Assembly (NCBI GenBank): GCA_011364925.1 | Contig: RDOA01000026.1 | Span: forward strand, 1 to 47,969 | Direction of reading: 5' to 3' | Source of the DNA: Promethearchaeota archaeon | GTDB lineage: Archaea; Asgardarchaeota; Lokiarchaeia; Sigyniarchaeales; SOKP01 | DNA length: 47,969 nucleotides | Part shown: positions 38,856 through 47,969 of the stretch, piece after piece | How positions within the stretch are numbered: position 1 is the first letter of the stretch | Layout: every line of letters begins with the position of its first letter | Notes under the pieces: generated by a model | Told to the model about the DNA's origin: nothing | The model's input: the letters and a program-made list of their open reading frames with translations, nothing else | Database searches by the model: none | Position numbers and translations under genes: made by a program

Positions 38856-39018
38856 TTCACATATGGTACTCCTTGGAGTGTATTGAATTACACTGTGAAA
38901 GTAATAGATATTCTTCGACAATTTAGAGAAGGGCTATAGCTTTTTTCTGTCGGCTGAAATACATTGTTCGTTGCGAGAATATTACTGCCCACTCTTTTGA
39001 GATTAAGTGATGGATGGG
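38856..39018 (+). ncRNA. Candidate structured non-coding RNA
   Basis: Nested helices with several G-U pairs that work only on the plus strand; visibly richer in G+C than other spacers. Confidence 0.35.
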
Positions 39019-39021
39019 ATT

Positions 39022-40239
39022 TTAGAATTTAAATGTTAAATCTCTAATTAGTTTAAATTTATTCCTTTGGAAATTATATAATTTTAGACTAATTAGTGAT
39101 AAGAGCATAAGTAAAATGGAAAAAAGGCTAATGTTCGTCAAGAGAAATTGATTAGAAATTCCTTGAAAAAGGAAATTTTCAATATTTAAGTGTAATGATA
39201 AAGTTAGATTCTCCAATTGACTAGTTCCGTGAAAGGTTATGTCGATATAAACTTCCTTTTCGGTAGTTTGAAAGATGATATTATTCAGAGAAACAACAAT
39301 ACTCAAAAGCCCTGATTGGTTAGTCATTAGGTCTAATTCATGTTCAAAGGTAGTATCACTATAAAAAACCAACTTTATCATCTCGTTTCCAACTGGTTTT
39401 TCACTTTGGTTATACAAGTAATAAAAATAAAGCAATATATCAATAGAATTAGATTTTTCTAGGTTTTTATGAAATCTAGTAATATTCACGAAAACAGGGA
39501 TTTTTTTAACAAATAACTCATAAGAAAATGTAGTGTCGTTATAAATCAAATTGTCTTTTATGCTGAATCTCAGTTCGTTCCTTCCCGGATTTAAGTGAGT
39601 AGTAGACGAGATATTAAATGAAATTTCACCATTTTCATTAGTTGTTAAATTAGTTTGGAAAAGAATCTCTCCATTGCTTAAAGTGAATAGGTTAAGCGTC
39701 TCATTTTTAATAAGAGAGTTATTCTTCGTATCGAAAAAAGTTGCAGTAAAATAGTTAGTTTCTCCAAGTGTTAAAACATCTTTAAAATCGCTTAATTGAC
39801 AGGATAATCCTCTTTTGATAATGCTAATCGTTAAGCTTTCATACAAATAAAATTCCTCACCCCCTGCATGAGAATCTTCGTAAAAATTATACAGTTTTAT
39901 GTATAAGATATTTGCAAAATTCGAGTAAGGAAGATCTAGTAGTTGAATATTTACTGTCCAATTTTTAGTCAAAGTTCCAATAGCATAATATTTGGGAGAA
40001 TTACATATATTATTATCAAATGCGTCAAAAATCTGAATTTGCATAAACGCAGTCTCAATCTCAGGATCATAATATAAATCCCAAGATGCGTTAATTTTTA
40101 TTTTTTCCTGGGTGTAGTAAGTATCTTTGTCAGTTATTAAACTTGTATTTGTACATGTAACTCCGTTTACTGGTCGCGTTAATAAGATTATCACAATCAG
40201 ACTGCATGATAAGATACCTACTTTGATCTTTTTGTTCAC
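39022..40239 (-). CDS. Secreted, membrane-anchored Ig-like beta-sandwich surface protein
   Basis: Signal peptide, TDKDTYY, LTTNENGEISF and LMTNQSGLL repeats, many NxS/T sequons, C-terminal TM. Confidence 0.75.
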   Translation of the reverse strand: MNKKIKVGILSCSLIVIILLTRPVNGVTCTNTSLITDKDTYYTQEKIKINASWDLYYDPEIETAFMQIQIFDAFDNNICNSPKYYAIGTLTKNWTVNIQLLDLPYSNFANILYIKLYNFYEDSHAGGEEFYLYESLTISIIKRGLSCQLSDFKDVLTLGETNYFTATFFDTKNNSLIKNETLNLFTLSNGEILFQTNLTTNENGEISFNISSTTHLNPGRNELRFSIKDNLIYNDTTFSYELFVKKIPVFVNITRFHKNLEKSNSIDILLYFYYLYNQSEKPVGNEMIKLVFYSDTTFEHELDLMTNQSGLLSIVVSLNNIIFQTTEKEVYIDITFHGTSQLENLTLSLHLNIENFLFQGISNQFLLTNISLFSILLMLLSLISLKLYNFQRNKFKLIRDLTFKF

Positions 40240-40345
40240 ATCATTTTTATTTATTAATATATAAAAACTCAGATAATACCATAAAACATTTATTTTATCA
40301 AATATTTAAATTCAAAACTAAGAAATATGTTTTTACTGAGAGAAA

Positions 40346-40546
40346 ATGGGAAAAGTTCGAACCCTATTAATAAAAAAAGTATCGAAAGAATTAATAAATA
40401 AATATCCTGATGTTTTTTCTACAGATTTTGACGAAAACAAAAAACTATTAGACAAGTATCTTGAAGCAGACTCAAAACATCTAAGAAATCGTATTTCGGG
40501 ATACATTGTCAACCTTGTGAAAATTAAATCTCGAGAACAAGCATAA
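40346..40546 (+). CDS. rps17e: 30S ribosomal protein eS17
   Basis: MGKVRT, FSTDFDENK, SKHLRNRISGYI. Confidence 0.97.
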   Translation: MGKVRTLLIKKVSKELINKYPDVFSTDFDENKKLLDKYLEADSKHLRNRISGYIVNLVKIKSREQA

Positions 40547-40581
40547 ATCTTTTTAAAATCACAAGAAATTATAATAGAAAA

Positions 40582-40962
40582 GTGGTATCTATTAAGGAAG
40601 ACGCAAAAATCATGGCAGACCTTTTAAAATCTGGTCATAGAATGCTCAATTTATCTTGTCCTATTTGTAAAAATCCAATTTTCCAGAAAAAAAATGGAAC
40701 TGCTTTTTGTCCAATATGTAATAGGAAAGTGTTATTGGTTGAAGATGAAACAAAATTGGAAAATGAGGAAAAATTAGAACATAAAGGCGATAGTAAGGAA
40801 ATAAAAAATATTAGAAGTATTCTTATTCCTATACTTATTAAAAAGTTTCAGTGGGTTTCTCAAAAACTAGAAGCCGAAACTCAATTAAGCGTATTAAGTG
40901 AATATTTAGAGATAACACTTAAAATTCTTAACTTATTCGATAAAATTAATAACCTAAACTAA
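40582..40962 (+). CDS. UPF0148 / SSSCA1 (ZNRD2) Zn-ribbon protein
   Basis: MADLLKSGHRMLNLSCPIC..PIF....G..FCPIC. Confidence 0.88.
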   Translation: MVSIKEDAKIMADLLKSGHRMLNLSCPICKNPIFQKKNGTAFCPICNRKVLLVEDETKLENEEKLEHKGDSKEIKNIRSILIPILIKKFQWVSQKLEAETQLSVLSEYLEITLKILNLFDKINNLN

Positions 40963-40992
40963 AATCAACTCGTTTTATCTATTCTTTTAAAA

Positions 40993-41102
40993 TGCTTCTG
41001 CCGGGATTTGAACCCGGGTCGCGAGGGTGAGAGCCTCACATGCATAATCCTTCTTTCTAATATAAGAAAAGAGTAAGTTTGACCGAACTACACTACAGAA
41101 GC
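40993..41102 (-). tRNA. tRNA-Glu(CTC) with a 35-nt intron at 21/22 (41044-41078)
   Basis: GCTTCTG/CAGAAGC acceptor, loop CTCTCAC, T arm CCGGG-TTCAAAT-CCCGG; mature length 75 nt. Confidence 0.93.
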
Positions 41103-41234
41103 AACATTATAATTAATGCGTGTTCATTTTAATAAAGGTAATTTAGATTATAAATATAATTAACAAAATTTATAGAAATTAAAAAACAATTTTATTTTAA
41201 TGAACCCAAATTTATGTCAAGAATAAACCAAAGT

Positions 41235-42263
41235 TTAATTTTCTTTTTTTACGAAAACGGGTTTAAGTAGATTTACATAGTGATCTCTAATAGAATATTC
41301 AGCAATATCAGTTGCTTCTGAAATTATTTTCTGAGTTAAGAATGCTTTTTGATTATGCTCTTTAGACAACAATTTATCTGCTAAATATATTATTGCTCCT
41401 GTTAGAATAAAAGGATTTCGTCCTCCACGATCCCAATCAGATAAACTTTTTAGAATAAATCTACACTTACTAGTCAATTTATATTTATAATCTTCTTTGG
41501 ACCAAATAGCCCCTTTTTTTATCAACCTAGTTTCCAAAGATTCATGACTTACGACATTTTCTATTAGTCTGATTAAATAGTCTTCACTCCTATGCGGAAT
41601 AACTTTACTACTTAAATGTGTTTTATATCTAATGCCATCTCTTAAAATGAGCCTTGGATTAACCCTATGACCAAAATTTTGAAATGCATTTGAGATTTCG
41701 TTTATTGTAATTGGTGCGTTATGATACGCTCTGCGGACAGAATAAAAAATACAGAAAGCAATCAATGATATGTTGTTAATTACTTTTTTTTCATTTTTAA
41801 CAATCTTTCGGTAGTAGTATGCGGCATTATTTCTAATATCTTTGCTTAAGTTAAGATAAATAGAAATCTTATTTAGAATATTAAAAACTCTATACTCAGT
41901 TTCATGATTTTTTATTCTTAAGAATTGAGCATAATTTTTCTTTAGCCTTCTGTACAATTTTTGCTCATCTGGGGGCAATAATTTCCCTGTTTTATCTCGA
42001 AGATATTTTGAATTTTCGTAATCGATGAATGTTCCTAATCCTCCAACATAATCAGTCCTCTCTCCTAATGATACATATTGTTTATTTAAGTTACTCTTAT
42101 TATTGACATCGTTAAAGATATATGACGAATCTTGAAATAAATTACCTAGAACTAAGCCACATCCCTTACAAATAATTTCATATGAATTTGTTATAACACG
42201 ATTTCCACATTCAGGACAAGTTTCTCCACTTTTTTTTTCTTCTATATTAACTATCAAATTCAA
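41235..42263 (-). CDS. Divergent TFB paralog
   Basis: CPECG/CKGCG ribbon, cyclin repeats, GRNP, TQKIISEATDIAEYSIRDHY. Confidence 0.85.
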   Translation of the reverse strand: MNLIVNIEEKKSGETCPECGNRVITNSYEIICKGCGLVLGNLFQDSSYIFNDVNNKSNLNKQYVSLGERTDYVGGLGTFIDYENSKYLRDKTGKLLPPDEQKLYRRLKKNYAQFLRIKNHETEYRVFNILNKISIYLNLSKDIRNNAAYYYRKIVKNEKKVINNISLIAFCIFYSVRRAYHNAPITINEISNAFQNFGHRVNPRLILRDGIRYKTHLSSKVIPHRSEDYLIRLIENVVSHESLETRLIKKGAIWSKEDYKYKLTSKCRFILKSLSDWDRGGRNPFILTGAIIYLADKLLSKEHNQKAFLTQKIISEATDIAEYSIRDHYVNLLKPVFVKKEN

Positions 42264-42499
42264 CCCACATCAATTTGTTATTATAACCTAATTAACTAAG
42301 GAAACTTTTATCTCAATTTTGTGAAGGTTTAATTAAATGTGATGAAAACTTATTTCATTAGTAGGTATTAACTTGACTTAGAGTCAGACTGAGAGGATAC
42401 TAGAAGTAAAAAAAAAAGGATTTTATAATAATAGATTCCAATTTATTTAACAGAAATTTTAATCTGGAGTACTGAACTAGTTAGCTAGGAGAGGATGAT

Positions 42500-42739
42500 T
42501 TGAATCGAATTCAAAACCAATCTAAGGAAGTCCAATTTATTACACCGTCTCATCACGATTTATTAAAGGAACTTATTGAAGATGTAGAAAAATTTTTGAA
42601 GGGAAAGAGAAATGTAATGTATTCTGATATTATTAATCTAATTATAAGAGAAGACTATAGAGGAAAAAGGTTCAATGAAATAATAGTATGGTGTAATTAT
42701 AAAATAAAGCAAGGAAAGTATGATATAATGATCGAATAG
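42500..42739 (+). CDS. Small hypothetical protein
   Basis: 79-aa ORF preceded by GGAGAGG. Confidence 0.5.
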   Translation: MNRIQNQSKEVQFITPSHHDLLKELIEDVEKFLKGKRNVMYSDIINLIIREDYRGKRFNEIIVWCNYKIKQGKYDIMIE

Positions 42740-43016
42740 AATAAACTCTAAAAAAATTTCTTAAAATCAAGAAGAATAACTCAAAGAATTAGTTCTGTTC
42801 ATTAATTTTAGGTATCTAGAATCTTGCAATTGGCTTTTAACTTTAAACTCATACATTACTGAGAATTAAAACTAAAATAAAGTTAAAAATGCGTAATTAT
42901 ATTAATATTTAATAATATTATTTTATAAAGACCAAAGAGATGGTTCTATTATAGTTAGGTATATAATAAACATAGCTCGGTCTTTTATATGAGATAACTT
43001 CAAAGAGGATCATTAT

Positions 43017-43697
43017 ATGGTTCGATGGACTGCAGATCATAATATCTATATAAAAATCCTTTACTGGGGTATGGGTGGATCAGGAAAAACGACAATCGTA
43101 GACACATTATATAGATTAACCAAAGAACAAAAAAAAGATATCACTCCTACGGGAAATCTAACAAAAATTTCAATGGCAAGTGGGTCTACTTTATATTTTG
43201 ATCGAGGTATATTTCAATCAACTAAACAGAATAAGGTATATTACCATGTTTATACAGTTGCAGGCCAAAGTAGGTTTTCTCCCTTGAGAAAAAAGATATT
43301 TAAGGGAACAGATGGTGTTATTTTTGTAGTTGATTCCCAAACTCACTTCTTTGAAGATAACATCGAATCATTAAAAGAGCTAAAAAATATTACACGTGGA
43401 AAGCTAATTAACGAAATTCCCCTTATAACTATGCTAAATAAGCAGGATTTAAATGAAACGATTGGGGAAGAAGATTTTAAACAAGTTCTTAAGGAGGAAA
43501 AGCTTTGGTTCGAACCAGATCACGAATTATATATCTGGAATCCTATAATTTATAAAACTTGTGCTTTATATGAAAAAAAAAGAGATATATACAGAAGTTT
43601 TAGCGAATGTGCTCGACGAACGGGTTTGTATCAGATATATGGAGATGGAAAGGCACCAGTTGGTAACAATTTTAGTCGAGATATCCCTAAATTTTAA
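43017..43697 (+). CDS. MglA-like/Arf-like small GTPase
   Basis: G1 GMGGSGKTT, TLYFD, G3 TVAGQ, G4 NKQD, G5 TCA. Confidence 0.92.
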   Translation: MVRWTADHNIYIKILYWGMGGSGKTTIVDTLYRLTKEQKKDITPTGNLTKISMASGSTLYFDRGIFQSTKQNKVYYHVYTVAGQSRFSPLRKKIFKGTDGVIFVVDSQTHFFEDNIESLKELKNITRGKLINEIPLITMLNKQDLNETIGEEDFKQVLKEEKLWFEPDHELYIWNPIIYKTCALYEKKRDIYRSFSECARRTGLYQIYGDGKAPVGNNFSRDIPKF

Positions 43698-44110
43698 TAA
43701 CTCTTAAACAGTCTCCTTCAATTTGTAATGGTAATTAGAATCAAATAAAGTAATAAAGGAGCAAATATGCTATTTTATTATCAATTTCTAATCGTTATGA
43801 ATTTGCAATATTCAATTAATTACAATTCCGAATAATAATTTACAATAAATAATTAAGAATAATTTCGAGAATATCAACTGAATAATGGTTGCCATTAAAA
43901 TGCTCCTAGGATTTCCCTAAGGCTATAAAAATTCGATGAAAATGACTAAAATACATGACCTATAAAAAAAGGGATGAAATATTATAGTTACCTTGAGGAT
44001 TATAAAAACCTATCTTTCTAAAGATAGTATCTAAATAATTTTAATAAATTATTTATGTTCTAATTCATTTTATTCGGTATTAAGTAATATTTTTCCATGT
44101 TGATATTAAT

Positions 44111-44293
44111 ATGGGAGTATATAACTCTATAAAAGAAGAACTACCAAAACAATTTTCGATTTTTCAGATAATATCCGTTTTAGGAATTGATCCCCAACAA
44201 GTTCGTAAAGTAAGAAATTTACTTAAACAATTTCATAAACAAGGATATATAAAACGTATATCAAAGAATATGTATGAAAAAATTGAGAATTAG
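44111..44293 (+). CDS. Small winged-helix protein
   Basis: VRNLLKQFHKQGYIKRISKNMYEK wing pattern. Confidence 0.6.
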   Translation: MGVYNSIKEELPKQFSIFQIISVLGIDPQQVRKVRNLLKQFHKQGYIKRISKNMYEKIEN

Positions 44294-44301
44294 AAAATCC
44301 T

Positions 44302-44895
44302 CTAATTAGTAATACTCATTTTTAAAGTCAATTGAGGAAAAATAAATGTTATAATTCTATTAAAAGAATCTAAAATGCCTTTTCCTTCAATTGCTACAGT
44401 TTTATTGACAGATAAATGCTTAAAACGATTTAGATTTATCAAACTTAGAAATTCATGGTTAATTAATTTCTGTGTTACGGCAAAATCAGTCTTATTTAAA
44501 GATATTACAATAGGAATATTAAAAAAATCTTCCCGAAACATAGTCTTCAATTCATTCCAGGATCTTATGTTATGCTGTAAACATTGAGCTCTTGAGTCTA
44601 CAACAAAAATTATACCATCAACACCATTTAAAGTGGCAGGACGAGTACTTGCATAAAAATCTTGCCCTGTAGCAGAATATATTAAAAATTTTAAACTCCA
44701 TTCTGCGCCTTCAAATTGTAAAACACCAAAATCAAAAAATAATGTTCTTCCTATCGTGCTATCTATAGAATTTAGAGTATCCTCCCTATTAAAAAAAGAA
44801 AATAGATGTTTAATTGATGTTGTTTTCCCGGACATAGCAGGACCATAATACACGATCTTAATCTGCAGTGTTTTATTCTCATAATCATATATCAT
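44302..44895 (-). CDS. MglA-like small GTPase
   Basis: KIVYYGPAMSGKTT, RTLFFDF, SATGQ, DGIIFVVDS, NKTD, TVA..GKGI. Confidence 0.92.
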   Translation of the reverse strand: MIYDYENKTLQIKIVYYGPAMSGKTTSIKHLFSFFNREDTLNSIDSTIGRTLFFDFGVLQFEGAEWSLKFLIYSATGQDFYASTRPATLNGVDGIIFVVDSRAQCLQHNIRSWNELKTMFREDFFNIPIVISLNKTDFAVTQKLINHEFLSLINLNRFKHLSVNKTVAIEGKGILDSFNRIITFIFPQLTLKMSITN

Positions 44896-44901
44896 ATTAC
44901 T

Positions 44902-45798
44902 TTAACCCCATAATGATTGCATACTATCAAGCGCATTAACTTTCTTTCCATTCTCAATTAATAGCGAAAAATCTTCCCCCCATTCTTTATCGACAAAAGA
45001 AACAATTCTCTCAATAGGAGCATCGTAATAATCTATGGTTTCTTGAAGTGTTTTGCTCCCAATTTTAGTATTCATGTCAATATTATTCAATAAATTTAAC
45101 CTAGAGAATATAAAAAATGCTCGCTTAGAACCTGAGTAAAAGTTTTGAATCTCTTTCTTAAATATATTTCGCTTTAACTCCTCTTTTTCGATATCAAAAT
45201 CTAAAAGAGTTTTTACCAAATCTTCATCTATCTGTTCTGTTTTAACTTTTCCTAAGAGAGTTCGCTTCATTTTTATAATCGATCTTTCAGTGTCTTGAGA
45301 GATTTTGTGGAGAACTTCCCGCTCAAAAGTAAGATCAAGTAGTTTCCAATTTAATCCTATGACCTCAACCGAAACGGAGTTAGAAAAAAGCGAAATACTC
45401 AAAAAAAGAATGATCTTCTTCTTAATACTATTTATAAATTGACGTACCCTCTCCTTTTCTTGTTGGATCTTAATACCAATTATCCAGGAATTGAATTTCT
45501 CAAATTGATTCAACGCTTTAAGTGCAACACTAGAAGGGCATCTTATATGAGTTCTCTGAGAATTATAATCTACATTTTCATCCATTACTAAATTATTATA
45601 TTCCCCTATTGAGATAAAATCAGTGTAGAAGATAAATTCCTTACGAAAATGGATTAAATTTGATAGATCGATAACAAATTCATCTACATTCATAGCATCA
45701 TCACCGTACACGATAATAGGAACTCTGTCTAATAAAGCGTAAAGAATTAATGCGGCGTCTGGACCTTTTAATAACTCCAGTAAGTTGAAGAAATTCAA
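44902..45798 (-). CDS. Hypothetical protein, DENN-core-like
   Basis: ILYALLDRVPIIVYGDD...V..L..LI and WIIGI pattern; context between roadblock and GTPase genes. Confidence 0.5.
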   Translation of the reverse strand: MNFFNLLELLKGPDAALILYALLDRVPIIVYGDDAMNVDEFVIDLSNLIHFRKEFIFYTDFISIGEYNNLVMDENVDYNSQRTHIRCPSSVALKALNQFEKFNSWIIGIKIQQEKERVRQFINSIKKKIILFLSISLFSNSVSVEVIGLNWKLLDLTFEREVLHKISQDTERSIIKMKRTLLGKVKTEQIDEDLVKTLLDFDIEKEELKRNIFKKEIQNFYSGSKRAFFIFSRLNLLNNIDMNTKIGSKTLQETIDYYDAPIERIVSFVDKEWGEDFSLLIENGKKVNALDSMQSLWG

Positions 45799-45811
45799 TG
45801 CGGTCTCCCTC

Positions 45812-46813
45812 TTATTTAATGACTAATTCTCCTAATAAAGTCTTTATATCAAATGTGCTTTGATTTTGAAGCTCTGATGCTTGCTTAATGAGAGATCGAA
45901 TTTTAGTTGAAAATTGAGGGAGAATTAATCGAATTAATCCAAGTTTTTGTCGAGACTTACCAATTTCCGCACTAAATATAGCTTTTCCTAAACCATAAAT
46001 AAATTGGAATTTATCTTCGCAATCTAGTAGAATACTCTCAGCATTCATTTTTTTTAGCAACCAAGCGCACCTATTTGCTGTTTGAAATAGTGAGTAACTC
46101 ATTGCTGATAAATTATCTAATGTTCCATGGTGCTCATTAGTCTTTTTCAAAATCTTGGATGCGATAAAGCCACCTTCTATTGTAATATAAGCAAATTTTA
46201 AGTCGGGAATGGCAATAGAGAAATTGTTTAAAACTTTCCTCAATTCCATAGAGATACTCTCAGAAAGGTTCAATGAAAAAGAAGATACCTTGAAATTAAC
46301 ATCCTCATTTTCTTTTACATTAAAACCTTCAATTATGCTTTGAATTCTTTGATCATCAAATTGAACGAGAGGGGGTTTAAATGATTCGCCAGATGTAATA
46401 AGTGTTGTTTTAATCTTTTTTAAACACTCGTTAGTTTGAAGAAAAATTCCCCCTAAATTTGTGCTGGGTTGGGCAGTGATGGCTATGAAAAACTCGTGTT
46501 TGTTATCTATAATCCCCTGTTGTTGCAGAATTCGGTTTAAAGAATAATGAACGGGGCTATTAAGTGGTGCTATTAGAATTTTAGCTTTCTTTCCTTCAAT
46601 CAAAATATACTTTAAGTTCTCTGGATGTAAATGTATTCCCACATTGAATATTGCGCTGGTTGCTGAACTCACATTAAAAATTTCATCCTTTGAGAACCAA
46701 ACTCCTGCTGATTGAATTGGATTCCCATCTCTTTGAGTTAAAACCGCGTTCTCTACTCCTTTTAACTGCTTTATCTGATCGAGATGAATTCCTATTTTTT
46801 CGTTTAAATCCAT
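45812..46813 (-). CDS. Tandem roadblock/LC7 domain protein
   Basis: Repeat 1 GVENAVLTQRDGNPI...LKYILIEG; repeat 2 LKFAYITIEGGFIA...LSAMSYSL...ESILLDC. Confidence 0.85.
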   Translation of the reverse strand: MDLNEKIGIHLDQIKQLKGVENAVLTQRDGNPIQSAGVWFSKDEIFNVSSATSAIFNVGIHLHPENLKYILIEGKKAKILIAPLNSPVHYSLNRILQQQGIIDNKHEFFIAITAQPSTNLGGIFLQTNECLKKIKTTLITSGESFKPPLVQFDDQRIQSIIEGFNVKENEDVNFKVSSFSLNLSESISMELRKVLNNFSIAIPDLKFAYITIEGGFIASKILKKTNEHHGTLDNLSAMSYSLFQTANRCAWLLKKMNAESILLDCEDKFQFIYGLGKAIFSAEIGKSRQKLGLIRLILPQFSTKIRSLIKQASELQNQSTFDIKTLLGELVIK

Positions 46814-47164
46814 TTTAAATCTTGAAGCTCCTTTTTAAATTGTTATTTGTTAATTAGAACTTAGATTTTTAAACTACGAATTTTTGTAGATATGCGCTTA
46901 GTTCCCCTAAAAAGAAAAAATTTAAAATAAATCCTACCTATTTATTACTAGAACAATTCGCATCTATACCGGTGTAAGCTTGGATTACGGTGTATATCCG
47001 TTAAATGAAAAGTAAATTCATTGATGCGATATAAAAAATGTAGTTATAATTTAACCAGTTATAACTGAAGAAGGCTAAATTAAGAACCCTAAAGTAAGTG
47101 AGTAATTGAGGTTATTCATAATTTAAGTGATAAATATAGAATTGCGACACACTCCAGTTTAATT

Positions 47165-47969
<805 letters not shown>

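Noticed and set aside
38868-38879. ACTCCTTGGAGT palindrome upstream of cdc6 as an ORB
   Set aside because: Spacing differs from TCCAnTGGA and there is no G-string; better explained as an RNA stem
38949-38965. GGCTGAAATAC resembling a TPP riboswitch segment
   Set aside because: The remaining TPP core (CCTGAT, TAATGC, GCGnAGGGA) is absent
14343-44587. Other overlapping ORFs (14343, 15811, 17669, 18068, 19939, 20936, 21650, 23731, 24712, 29182, 35967, 38466, 44375)
   Set aside because: They overlap better-supported genes and show no motifs

Overview
AT-rich, gene-dense chromosomal segment of an Asgard archaeon, most likely Lokiarchaeia. This assignment rests on the archaeal information genes, several MglA-like GTPases, roadblock and V4R proteins, and an archaeal 16S rRNA starting at the right end. 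Housekeeping content includes pyrI, trpB2, trm5, tgtA, Fap7/hCINAP kinase, two TFB paralogs, ABCE1, class I LysRS, rpl3/4/23, rps17e and cdc6. Signals not in the ORF track: (1) a 16-codon Trp-rich leader ORF (MVTENNCFCWQWPWRS) followed by competing hairpins upstream of trpB2, a candidate archaeal tryptophan attenuator; (2) three tRNA genes that all carry non-canonical BHB introns (Arg 19/20 and 59/60, Glu 21/22, Ile 7/8); (3) a dispersed Flp/Tad-like pilus system including a leaderless pilin-like protein; (4) a roadblock / DENN-like / GTPase operon; (5) an inverted ORB-like pair around an AT-rich spacer; (6) several structured intergenic RNA candidates. All family calls come from motif recognition by eye; no searches or folding programs were run.
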